Origin: Nemertoderma westbladi
Taxonomy: Eukaryota; Animalia; Xenacoelomorpha
Assembly: GCA_032718475.1 (NCBI GenBank)
Contig: JAUCBJ010006805.1
Coordinates: 100,161-164,160 of the forward strand
Direction: 5' to 3'
DNA length: 64,000 nt
Of the stretch, positions 49,652 to 60,855 are shown piece by piece (the first letter of the stretch is position 1; the number at the start of each line of letters is the position of its first letter). Position numbers and translations under genes: made by a program. The notes under the pieces were generated by a model, which did not search any database, was not told the DNA's origin, and saw nothing but the letters and a program-made list of their open reading frames with translations.

Positions 49652-51026
49652 TACTACTACTACTAGGTTGAGCGAAACGAAATCCTTCCGTGGAAATGAG
49701 ATCCTTCCAGGCTTCCTGATTCTCCATAGTTGTCGCAATGTTGTATCCCTTTCAAGTTGATCTATATGTTAGGACCGGTCATCCACGACTACGCTTTCCA
49801 TGAGTTGGTTGCCAGAGAAGTAGATCTGGTATGCCAGCAGTGCCCACTGAATCTTAATCTGCGTTCACGGAGGGTGGTTGATACAGGTGGTATTGTACCA
49901 TAAAGCTCGGCGTTTGTCATGTGTTGTCTCCAGCTGATGTTTAGGGCTGCCCTTAGTAGTCTTGTGTAGCAACCATCAATTCGTTGTTCAAGTGATTTAG
50001 TCAGTGTCCAGGTCTCACCCCTGTATAAAAATACACTTTCCACTGTGGCTCGAAAGAACTTTGTCTTCAGGTGCCTGGAGAGATCTGATTTCCAGATAGT
50101 ATCCATTTTTGATAGAGCTACCCAAGCCTTTGCTTTCCTAACTTCTATGTCCTTTTTGCTACTCTCTATCCATGATCCAAAGTTCTGGAAGTCATCGACC
50201 TTCCTTAGTTCATTATTATCAATGGTTGTCAAGTTTCCATCAATATTAAAGGTCATAAATTCGGTCTTTGTAGCATTTATATGCAATTCAACCTCCTTAA
50301 CAGCCCTCTCCACTTTATTTAGCAGAAGCTGTGCATCTGCTAGCGTATTAGAGAGCAGGGTGATGTCATCCGCAAAGTCTGTGTCTGTGACTGTAGTTGC
50401 CGGATATCTACTACTTCTGCGTTCTTGAAGTGTGAATCCCAGATCTTCACCCTTTGTGGCCATTTCATCTAATCCACTCGCTTTATTATTGGACATGCTT
50501 TAATGCTTCTTTGGAGTTCGGCAGGTATGAAGTCCCCTGTTTCTATAGGTAGTGTCTTGTCATATATTTTCCTTGTTTTATTATTCATTTTGTCATTTGT
50601 CATTATTTTCCTTGTCCCGACCACGATGTTTGGTGGCTGCCCAAGCAAGTTGCTGAAGTGATTTTTCCACTTCCCAACACGTTCTTCAGGACTATCGGCT
50701 TTGAGGCGCCCCTTTGCAAAACTTTTCCGACCAGATACCTCATTTACAGTTTGCCAGGTAACTCTTGATTGTTGCTGTATGTGAGCAGTTGTAATTGCTT
50801 CAGTTTTATCCTGTTTGTACTTTTCCTGGCTGATGTTGTAGGACAATTTAAGATCGTCCTTAGCTTTCTCAACCTTGTTAATGTTTTCGGTTGTTGGTTG
50901 TTCGGTTTTAACTTTGCAGGCTATCTTAAGATCTTCTCTCTTACAAGTAACCTCAGAGTTTTGCCATGGCACATACTGTTTTCGTTTGGGTTTCTGGGGG
51001 ATATGCCTCTTAGCTGATTCCTTGCT
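49652..51026 (-). mobile_element. RTE-clade LINE, family 1, 5'-truncated and internally deleted
   Basis: DTDFADDITLL, FFRATVESVFLY..ETWTL, RRLRFSGHC; (AGT)n tail; flanked by gtcgctgttac at 49641 and 51027. Confidence 0.85.
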
Positions 51027-51037
51027 GTCGCTGTTAC

Positions 51038-51989
51038 CTTGCTGTCATTATTGTGGTTGACTATGTTCTACGCATGTCCTTAGATCATTATAATGATGAT
51101 GGGGTGATGATAACTCCACCTACTGGCTCCAGAAGTCGAGGAAATCCTGCCAAGTACCTAACTGATCTAGACTTTGCTGATGACTTAGGAGTACTCTCAG
51201 AATCATTAGAGGGTGCCCAACGGCTCCTCAGCTCATTAGAACATGCTGCTTCTAGTGTTGGTCTTTTTATTAACTCCAGAAAGACCAAAATTCTGACAGT
51301 TAACTTTGAAAGTCCTCAGCAAGTCTCTGATCGGATGAGCATAAGCTCAAAGGATGGTATGCTTGAGCATGTGGACGACTTCTGTTACCTGGGATCATGG
51401 ATCCGGAAGTCAGGTGAGGACCTTCGAATACGTAAGGGAAAGGCATGGGCAGCCTTGAATAGGCTTTCCAGGATTTGGAAGTCACCGAGAATTAATCGGA
51501 AACTTAAGGTCCGATTATTTAGAGCAGCAGTAGTTCCAGTACTCCTCTACGGGAGTCCATGCTGGGCTCTAACTGCTGAGGACACCAAATCTCTGGATGG
51601 CACATTCACAAGAATGCTACGCCGGGTTCATTGTGTCAAGTACAATGCACACATCTCCAACCAGACACTATATAACATTGGAGGTGTCTCATTGGTTCCC
51701 CCAAGCTTGACACTAGAACAAAATCGCCTCCGCTTTGCAGGACATTGCTTTCGCCGTGAGGACCAACCAGTGCATAATCTTGTACTTTGGCAGCCTCATG
51801 GCGTGAATAAGCATGGTGGACAGCCCATGACTTTCTTGAGACGCATCCTAAAGGACACTGGCCTTGAAGATGCGGATGATCTAGCAAATGTCATGGGCGA
51901 TAGGGAGTTGTGGCGGTGCAATTTTGTTGACAAGCCGGCACAGCATTCTTAAAATGCAGCTACAATGCAGCATGCCGATCCTAGTAGTA
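51038..51989 (+). mobile_element. RTE-clade LINE, family 2, 5'-truncated (RT C-half ORF 51053-51952)
   Basis: IVVDYVLR, DLDFADD, FCYLGS, VLLYGS, RLRFAGHC; tail ctagtagta; flanked by gtcgctgttac at 51027 and 51990. Confidence 0.88.
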
Positions 51990-52360
51990 GTCGCTGTTAC
52001 AAAATATTGTTATAAAGCAAATATAGCACATGTGAAGGTACGAAATTCAGTGCCATTTAATACATTAAATTTAGTCTTTTTAAAATTATACTCATTCCAG
52101 AATAACAGCATAATTCCCACAACACCTTCAATTTATTCCTGATCTTTATCTGGTTGTAGAATAGAATACTGAAGTGATTTCAACCAATCATAACAAGGCA
52201 AATGTGTAAAGGCTCTCACAAAGAAATCATCAATAATAACGACAAATAAGTGAATTGTTGTGGGGCGAGTGACGCGGTGAATTAAATATATAATGTAAAT
52301 AGGACAATATGATAATGCTCTCTATAGCGAAAAATATCAACCGGCCCTATTGGGGCTCGA

Positions 52361-52404
52361 ACCCGGTACCTAGGTTTCAAACTTCTGGTTATCATCAGCC
52401 GGGT
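52361..52404 (-). ncRNA. Minimal type I hammerhead ribozyme
   Basis: acccgg-CTGATGA-taac cagaa gttt-GAAA-c ctag g-TA-ccgggt: 6-bp stem I, short stem II, palindromic CUAG stem III loop, GUA cleavage triplet. Confidence 0.7.
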
Positions 52405-53042
52405 GAGTGTACTGAGCTACCAGGCCGGATGAATATTTCCTTATGGAGTGGAAGATCATATTAAGGCTGGGCCAGGCATATGGGGCTACAGGGGTTTCTA
52501 CAACATGGTATAAAAGTTATTCTTTGAGGCATGGTTGCCATTTCTGGCAGAGCACGGGAATAACGTAAGTTGTACTTTCCTTTGAGTGATTGTATGGCCT
52601 TAATAGATCTTCCACTCCATAACGAAATATTCATCCGGCCTGGTAGCTCAGTACACTCACCCGGCTGTTGATAATCAGAAGTTTGAAACCTTTGAAACCT
52701 AGGTACCAGGTTCGAGCCCCAATAGGGCCGGTTGATATTTTTCGCTATGGAGAGCATTTTCATATTGTCCTATTTACTATATATATATATATTTAATTCA
52801 CCGCGTCACTCGCCCCACAACAATTCACTTATTATCATTAACTAACAGCCTGGGCCAGGCATACGGGGCTACAGTGGTTTCAACAACATTGTATAAAAGT
52901 TATTCTTTGAGGCATGGTTGCCATTTCTGGCAGAGCACGGGAATAACGTAAGTTGTACTTTACTTTGAGTGATTGTATGGCCTTAATATGATCTCCCACT
53001 CCACAGCGAAATATTCATCCGGTCTGGTAGCTCAGTACACTC

Positions 53043-53086
53043 ACCCGGCTGATGATAACCAGAAGTTTGAAACCTAGGTACCGAGT
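53043..53086 (+). ncRNA. Minimal type I hammerhead ribozyme (second intact core)
   Basis: acccggCTGATGAtaaccagaagtttGAAAcctaggTAccgagt; the middle copy at ~52659 has a mutated core (ctgttga). Confidence 0.65.
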
Positions 53087-53349
53087 TCGAGCCCAAATAG
53101 GGCCGGTTGATATTTTTCGTTATGGAGAGCATTATCATATTGTCCTATTTACATTATATATTTAATAACGACAAATATATAGCAGCTACCAGGAGACCCT
53201 TGTCAGGAGTGACTTACAGGACATCTTCATTACAAAGACGTTATACTATGTTATACATATGACATAAATAACATATGTTATGACGTATGTTACTGTATTT
53301 ATTTTGGCAATGGTTGACTTATACATATACAGCTATTATGGCATTAAGC

Positions 53350-53600
53350 ATTATCCACCCACCTAGATTCTTTAGTAATCCTATTTCAAATAAAAAGCTC
53401 CTCCTGAGATTGTCATAAGCTTTCTCATAGTCAACAAATATAATGTACAGTTTTATCCTATATTTTCTAGCATAATTATCGATTACTGATTGATTTGATT
53501 ATATTGATTATATATCAATTGAAGGTCTCTCTTACGAAACGTGCAATGCTCCAACTGATAGAGTTGACAAAGCTGCTTCCGCCAGATGCCGCGTGAGTAA
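53350..53600 (-). mobile_element. Decayed LINE RT fragment
   Basis: Minus ARLLTRHL..EHCTFRK..SID..KLYIIFVDYEKAYD. Confidence 0.55.
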
Positions 53601-53608
53601 TCTTGCAG

Positions 53609-53672
53609 ACGATTTCACCGTTTTTACAAAGTCCATCATCATAACTGGAAAATTCTCATGGAAACTATTTGG
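53609..53672 (+). CDS. Crystallin-like exon (or 3' half of a split exon)
   Basis: tcttgcag|..DFTVFTKSIIITGKFSWKLFG|gtaagc; its phase-2 end joins 56883 in frame to give WKLFGGINYTG. Confidence 0.55.
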
Positions 53673-53815
53673 GTAAGCCTTACAGTACAGTTATTAATTT
53701 CTATAAATTTACTAGAATAAATTAATCAGTAACTTTCATTTAATCACTGATAATGGTTTCTGCCACAGTCATTGGCTTCCAAGTGTAGCTTAGTAGTGAA
53801 CCATATAAATTTTGA

Positions 53816-54040
53816 GGCGGGGTAGCTCAATTGTTTGAGCACCGGGCCTGGTTTTGGTTCAGCCACACCGTGTCCACTCAGCCTTTGATCCACTGGGGTC
53901 GATAAAATGAGTACCATTTAAATTACTGGGAGCTAAACAAGTGATATCAGTAGCACCCCTAACTCCGCGTAGCATTTATCTAAAGAGGAGCCTTCGGGTC
54001 TGGCCTTCCCATCTGGCTTCGGTTAACTGTTTGTTTATTT
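53816..54040 (+). mobile_element. tRNA-derived SINE
   Basis: ggcggggtagctcaattg head, ccactcagcctttgatccactggggtcgataaaatgagtacca central domain, 3' part shared with 2575-2866. Confidence 0.8.
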
Positions 54041-54826
54041 TATATACTGTATATACAGTATACTGTATATATCATATCTTTATTAGTAGCAACTTTGAAC
54101 ACAGGAACCCTGCCGTAAATAGTCGCACCCTGGTGTGCACCCTTCAAAGCTTTCTTTCTTTTAGTACACACATAACATCGAAGAAAATTAAAGCATATGT
54201 AACGATCGGCTCTCTTCCAAAACTTCCTCTAATTTCAACTAAAACTGTCCTGAATTCTTCAAAATTAAAATCTTTGTATGACTATAAATGAAATCGGCCA
54301 GTATCTCAACCTATTTATTTCTCAACCTTTTGGCAAACCTAAAAGATCTGGATAAAACAACAACCACGTTTATAAACCGTATTCTTGGAGTACAGCAATC
54401 GGCATCATCAACCCTAGCATTACAATTACTATTTGAAAATACACTTGTTGAAGACTTATAATACTACTTGTTGACAGACTGGGACATTCAACCGAGAGGT
54501 AAAACAACATAAAACAACAGTACCGAGACCCGAAACAAAACTTCGACCGTGAGCAATTCTTCCAACAGCAACGTGGAAAGCGGCATGGACAGAAGAACCG
54601 CCGTATAGTTAACTGGCTCACTACACAAGCTTTCAAAGGCTTTCTATTATAAGTTGTGTGGAAACAGGAACCCCCTTCCACTCACTCGCACAGAAATGTA
54701 TGTGCACATTATGTGGCCTATCATGTACCCTCCACTAGCACACAGTATCGTGCCTAATGTATCCGTCTCCTGACACCCTCGCAACCAGCTGAATTGACCC
54801 CCCCCCCCCCCCCCCCCCCTCCTTAA

Positions 54827-55713
54827 CCGTTACAGGACTGGGCTATTTCCCGTGCACCAGGACTAGGGGGGGGGGGGGGGGGGGTGGGGGTTGATTCCAC
54901 CCCCCATTCCATTTTGGCCAATTACAGGCCATTTTTTTTTTAAATTGGTAGTAATGTGAAAAAATAAATACCTAGCTCGTGTGTGATAAAAAAATTTATT
55001 TTTGAGTAATGGGTGGCACCGAAACGGCACTTTTCGTGCACCCACTGAAAAAAAGAAGATTTCAGTAAAACAAGTCAAAAAGTCACTTTCCGCCCGGTTT
55101 TATGGGTTTTCGACCCCACTGAATCCTACCATATATGGACCATATTGTCTCATAATGTTGATTTATGCCATTTTTTAGAAGCACCCAAATTTGAAATTAT
55201 CATGTTGTACCCACTTTTGGGGAACCTGAAATATATCATCCCAATTGTCTGTGATAACTATCTGTTGGTCTAAATCGATTCAGGACCTCAAAAATCTTGA
55301 GCACGGAAATTTTATCTTCGGAAATGGTTACTATTCGGAAAGTGAAAATTTGAAATTTTCGGGCCGCACCCACTTTTGTGGGACTCCCAAAAAATGTATT
55401 CAGGGAAGTTTTGACGTAAAATGGACACCATTGTTCGATTCGGTATAGCAAAAAAACTTTATAAACGAGAAAGTGGCTGACAACATCAATCCTTTCAAAA
55501 GTTGCAAATTTTAGCTTGAAAAGCTAAACACCCCCTATAACTCGACAACTAATAGAGCTATGGAGTTCTCGTTTTTTTCGTGAGATTCAGAGATAAATTT
55601 TAGGAAAACTCAGGAAATTTCAGCTCACTACGATCAGTGCATCTGCGCAGATCACTAGATAAACTTAAGGGAGGGTAGATTCAACCCCCCCCCCCCCCCC
55701 AAGCCTGTAACGG
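54827..55713. mobile_element. Non-autonomous piggyBac-type element
   Basis: TTAA|ccgttacagg ... cctgtaacgg|TTAA; subterminal poly-G/poly-C with gttgattccaccc / gggtagattcaac inverted motif. Confidence 0.85.
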
Positions 55714-56316
55714 TTAACTATTATTAATAACGTATTACTTATTCTTTTACTTATTTACTAATTAATTTTACTATAAAAATACTCTTAATTATTTTGGTTT
55801 TATCGATACCTCTTTTACCCAGCATCGGGGTGTATCATGAAATATTAAATAGTCGCACATTTAAGCAATGAGGTAGGGCCTGCTGTAAAATTATGGTGTC
55901 GCATTGCCAAAAAAACAGATTTACCTTCCATTATTCCTGCCCTATAAACCTACCCCTGCAGTCATTTGGTATCCCGGGGGATCTGCCTTGTACTAAAGAA
56001 ACTTCTTCGTTTGAACATATGTGGTGGGCATTGCATTGACAATAACTCTCCTTCACCTATTATTTTTAAAGCACTGGACTTAAGTTGGGTAAGTGTGCTC
56101 ATATAAAATTAAACTATTGCAAAAAACGTTTGTAATAAATTGAAACATCATTTAAATACACTAATTTTAAATTTGAACTTTTAGAACCAATGTCATGGGT
56201 GGGTAGCCTTTGTACTTCTACTTTACAAAGTACTGTAGACCTCTCTATAACTAGCAATCGAAACCTCCTTACAGATTACTAAAGGACAGTCATCAGAGGT
56301 TATGTAATTAATATAC

Positions 56317-56785
56317 TACTACTACTACTACTAGGTCGAGCAAACTCGGACAGTGAAAATGAGATTTCTTTTCGTTTCTCCCAAGTTCAGTATCCCTTTC
56401 AAGTTGATCTATATATGTTATGGCCAGTCGTCCACGACTACGCTTTCCATGAGTTGGTTGCCACAAAAGTAGATCTGGTATGACCTCGTCTTTACTTCGC
56501 CAGCAGTGTCCAATGAATCTTAATCTGCGTTCATGGAGGGTGGTTGATACAGGTGGTATTGTACCATAAAGCTTGGCAATTGTCATGTGCTGTCTCCAGC
56601 TGATGCTTAGGGCTGCCCTTAGTAGCCTTGTGTAGTAACCATCAATTCGTTGTTCAAGTGATTTAGTCAGTGTCCAGGTCTCACCCCCGTATAAAAATAC
56701 ACTTTCCACTGTGGCTCGAAAGAACTTAGTCTTCAGGTGCCTGGAGAGATCTGATTTCCAGATGGTATCCATTTTTACGGTATCC
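56317..56785 (-). mobile_element. RTE LINE family 1, short 3' fragment
   Basis: Near copy of 49700-50110; (AGT)n tail; TSD aattaatatac at 56306 and 56786. Confidence 0.85.
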
Positions 56786-56882
56786 AATTAATATACAGTA
56801 TTTCCGATTCCATATCCGACCGAGCAGATAGCTTACAGGACATGTTCCATGACATTAGACCCCTTTTATAATTATATTCCAG

Positions 56883-57001
56883 AGGCATTAACTACACTGG
56901 TTCCCCCAGTACGTTCTCACCAGGTTTCTATGGAGATGAATTGGTCATCAACAGAATCAGCTCTATCAAACTCGTCTGTGAACAAGCTAAAAAGGTGGAA
57001 G
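56883..57001 (+). CDS. Crystallin Greek-key exon
   Basis: attccag|a GINYTGSPSTFSPGFYGDELVINRISSIKLVCEQAKKVE g|gttagt. Confidence 0.7.
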
Positions 57002-57228
57002 GTTAGTGACTCGTGAATACAGGATGAAGAATGAGCGCAGGAAGTAATTATTTTATACTGAATCTATTCTGATGAATAATGTGAAGGTAATAGATCATAC
57101 GTTGAACAATAAGTTAATTTATTACGTTATCATATGGATAAAAGTGTAGTTTCCATATTAAATCGATTTCCATCGCTTACAAAATGTTTGAAATAATTAA
57201 ATTAACAAAAACTCATATTATATTTAAG

Positions 57229-57417
57229 ATGAAGTGTGCCGAACCATTTCCGGCCCAAGACCATTCCGGAATTGCATTATCCCGTTTACTCATGAAGACG
57301 TTGAGTATAATGAATGTAAAGCGATCTCTGCTGATCAAAGATGGTGCCCAACATCAGTTGATGGAAATGGAATGCTCGTATCTGGGAACTGGGGCTACTG
57401 TACAGCAGAATGTCCAG
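57229..57417 (+). CDS. Fibronectin type II-like domain exon
   Basis: atttaag|..CRTISGP..NCIIPFTHEDVEYNEC..RWCPTSVD..GNWGYCTAECP|gtaaga; phase 1-1, in frame with the previous exon. Confidence 0.8.
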
Positions 57418-59090
57418 GTAAGAACAATTGACATAAATGATGATAAGACAGATAATTTATCTACAGCATAGATTCGATAAAATGTACAGTAGTACTACAA
57501 GATCTGTAATTGAATGCCGTATGTTATTTAGTTATCCCGATTTTAGTACTTTTCTAAAATTCTTACAATTATTGAAACTTCTAGAGAAATAAAATTTGTT
57601 ATTGGATTCAAACAATTTATCTGAGTTGCCCTCAACTCAGAAAATTGACTTCGAATAGGCTTATGCTTAATTTGTGAAAGTAAAATGTTTTAAAATTTCC
57701 TAAAACCCCTCCAGGTTCGCTCAAAACAATTTGTTCAAGCCAAACTCCAGAGGTTTATTTAGTTTGGGTAAATATTGCGTCTGAAATTGTCGCCTTGATT
57801 GTGATGTTATTTTGTGTCATTCTGCTTGCCTGCAGTAATTCCTTTACATAAATTAATGTATTTGTGTAGGCTTGGTATTATGTATCCTAATCTGCCAACA
57901 CTGCCCTTCTTGCTATCTGCATTCTCTAACTAAGAATAGCATAAGAACATAACAGATAGATCATTCAGTTTTTTATTTGGTAATGCTCCAGTCATTGATT
58001 ATGTCCTGGAAAATAAAACTGTAGACCGAACTTTTGGTAATCTCAGTCTATACAGGCGGACCACTGCAGGCCGACCTGACCCAATATCCGACGAAGACAC
58101 CAACGAATCGAATAATGGGACAGACAACAGCTCCAGGAAGTATCGCTAAACCTCTGGTGCTAATCCAAATCAACTCACCCATTACCAGCAGCATGATCCT
58201 CTTCGATTTCTTCCAGTATACCTCTTCGATGGGCAATATACCTAACACAACTAACCATTTGTAGGCTATGTTGTCGCAGCGGGTTTATCACTTGCAGCAC
58301 ATGAGCTGCATGCATAGCCAAGGGTGGGTCATGTGCATCAGAGTAGGCAGGGGTGATGGGGGGGGGGGGGGGTGGGGAGGGGATAATTCACAGGGTGGGT
58401 GTCGCAGTGGAGTCGGATATGGATCTGACTCCACTGCGACACCCACCCTGTCGATTGGCATACGAGGGTGCGGTATTTGCCCGAGAACTGACTCGGCAAT
58501 AAAGCACCCCCCAACCCCCACTATGGATTACATTAGTAATGCAGATGTCCGGCCACTAGAGGCCAGTGGAATTACCGGACACAATTGGATTCAGTCAGTT
58601 ATATCCTCACCGCCTACCTGTCTCACCCCTTACTGGAAAGAGAGTGGTCAACAATTATGTGAGTCCCTTTTCTGATGACCTTTCTATCCCTAACCATGGA
58701 TCACCAGGGAGGCCAGATTGTGGGGGGGGGGGGGGGAGGGGATTCTGGAGTTGGAAGCTACTCTCATGTTCCACCCCGACCAACCAAGCCATTGGTGAAC
58801 CGGAGGCAACTCACTTAAGTTAGCAGCTTTAGAAACAGTTCATGTATCCTCGAAACAGGAAAAAGGGCCCCCTGGAATATCCAACCACAAGCCGAAATTA
58901 CCTCAATAAGGCGCAGAAAGAGTCCTGGCTCGAACAGACTACAGCGGCCAAGAATGCAGTTAAGGCTGCACCTAGGTCACTGAACAGAACAGGCAGTTAG
59001 TTCTCTGATAATCTACATGAGCTTATTATTTAATTAACTTCGTACATTATGATGAAAGAAGATTATAAGTACAGCATAATATTAAATGAC

Positions 59091-59664
59091 TACTACTACT
59101 AGGATCGGCATGATGCATTGCAGCTGCATTTTTAAGAATGCTGTGCCGGCTTATCGACAAAATCGCACCGCCACAACTCCCTATCACCCATGGCATTTGC
59201 TAGATCATCCGCATCTTCAAGGCCAGTGTCCTTTACGATGCGTCTCAAGAAAGTCATGGGCTGTCCACCATGCTTATTCACTCCATGAGGCTGCCAAAGT
59301 ACAAGATTATGCACTGGCTGGTCCTCACGGCGAAAGCAATGTCCTGCAAAGCGGAGGCGATTTTGTTCTAGTGTCAAGCTTGGGGGAACCAATGAGACAC
59401 CTCCAATGTTATATAGTGTCTGGTTGGAGATGTGTGCATTGTACTTGACACAATGAACCCGGCGTAGCATTCTTGTGAATGTGCCGTCTAGAGATTTGGT
59501 GTCCTCAGCAGTTAGAGCCCAGCATGGACTCCCATAGAGGAGTACTGGAACTACTGCTGCTCTAAGTAACCGGACCTTAAGTTTCCGATTAATTCTCGGT
59601 GACTTCCAAATCCTGGAAAGCCTATTCAAGGCTGCCCATGCCTTTCCCTTACGTATACGATTAT
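59091..59664 (-). mobile_element. RTE LINE family 2, 3' fragment
   Basis: Near-identical inverted copy of 51430-51989; TSD atattaaatgac at 59079 and 59665. Confidence 0.88.
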
Positions 59665-59979
59665 ATATTAAATGACAGTAGCACAATAACGATATATATT
59701 AACTAAATAATATACAGTAACTAAATTTACAAATATTCAACAAACGAGGAAAAATTCAATTTGTAGCAATGTAGTCTAATATATCACGTAGTTCATTCCT
59801 ACTATAATTAGGGACATCGCACTTATCCAAATTACAATCTATTATATCTTTGCATACATTAACCTTCCATAAATCGGCATTACTACAGAATCAGTATTAT
59901 TTAATAGGTTAAATAAGGAATATTATTAAAAAATTACTTCATTATTACACCCAAAGTTACTATATCAACTAAGTAATAC

Positions 59980-60499
59980 GATACTAAACAATGTAATACA
60001 GCACAAAACTTTACAATACAATACTAAGCAATATAATACAGTACAAAACTTTACAATACAGCACTAAACACTATAATATGATACAGTACTTTACAATAGA
60101 ACACGTAACAATACACGAAGTGGGGACTTCGCGCAGCACGAAGTTGGCAGAGCCTTAGCGAATTGACACTGTTAGGGGGTAGGTCAATTTATGCAAATAG
60201 TCACGTTGGCCCTCTAGCGGCAGACTGGAGAACTGCAGATGGATTCGCCTCCTTTGAAAGTCACAGCTAATGGTCTAATACATATCTGCCAAGTTTCAGC
60301 TTAAACGGATTAAAAGCAAAGAAATGGGAGGGCATTTAATGTTTAGACATGTGGCCCTCTAGCGGGAGACCATTGCACTGATGGCGTCTGAAAGTCTCTC
60401 AAAAATCTCAACTTTTGCTCATATTGATACCTACAAATTTTCAACTTTGCAGCTTTAAATCCGACAAAGTTATTAGCATGTCAAAATCGTAACGACGAC

Positions 60500-60547
<48 letters not shown>

Positions 60548-60810
60548 AACGACGACGACGACGACGACAACTATTTGCATAAATTGACCCACCCCCTAAC
60601 AGTGTCAATTCGCTAAGGCTCCGCCAACTTCGTGGCTCGCCCCACAATACAATGCTTCACAGTACAATACCAGATAATACAATACTTTACTATACAATAC
60701 ACTACAATACGATACATTGCAATACGATACAGTAAAATACAGGCAATACAATACAATAAATACGTTACTATTCTGTACAGTACAAATCGGTATGAGACAA
60801 TACACTACGA
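59980..60810. repeat. Degenerate (CAATA)n-like microsatellite, interrupted by a MITE
   Basis: acaatac/caata units at 59980-60112 and 60645-60810. Confidence 0.6.
60113..60645. mobile_element. Helentron-associated (DINE-1/HINE-like) MITE
   Basis: ~65-bp subterminal inverted repeats (60137-60201 and 60570-60634); internal (ACG)n at 60492-60570 next to one arm; short terminal hairpin-like sequences. Confidence 0.6.
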
Positions 60811-60855
60811 TAGGCTAAAAACAAGGTTGTAAGGTCTGTATTGTCTGTGAGGCCT

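Larger units (their letters stand above)
52248..53162. mobile_element. Non-autonomous Penelope-like/retrozyme insertion: one inverted partial copy plus two tandem ~385-bp units
   Basis: Minus copy 52248-52463; plus copies ~52463-52832 and ~52848-53162; flanking direct repeat taataacgacaaata (~52234 and 53163); each copy has a hammerhead core. Confidence 0.75.

Noticed and set aside
54100-54720. Possible LINE 3' remnant (INRILGV.., KLCG)
   Set aside because: Too degenerate to assign with support.
58030-59000. GC-richer stretch with several short ORFs
   Set aside because: No recognisable motif, termini or splice structure; probably old TE debris that I cannot classify.
60441-60647. Poly-Arg ORF
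   Set aside because: Translation of the (ACG)n microsatellite.
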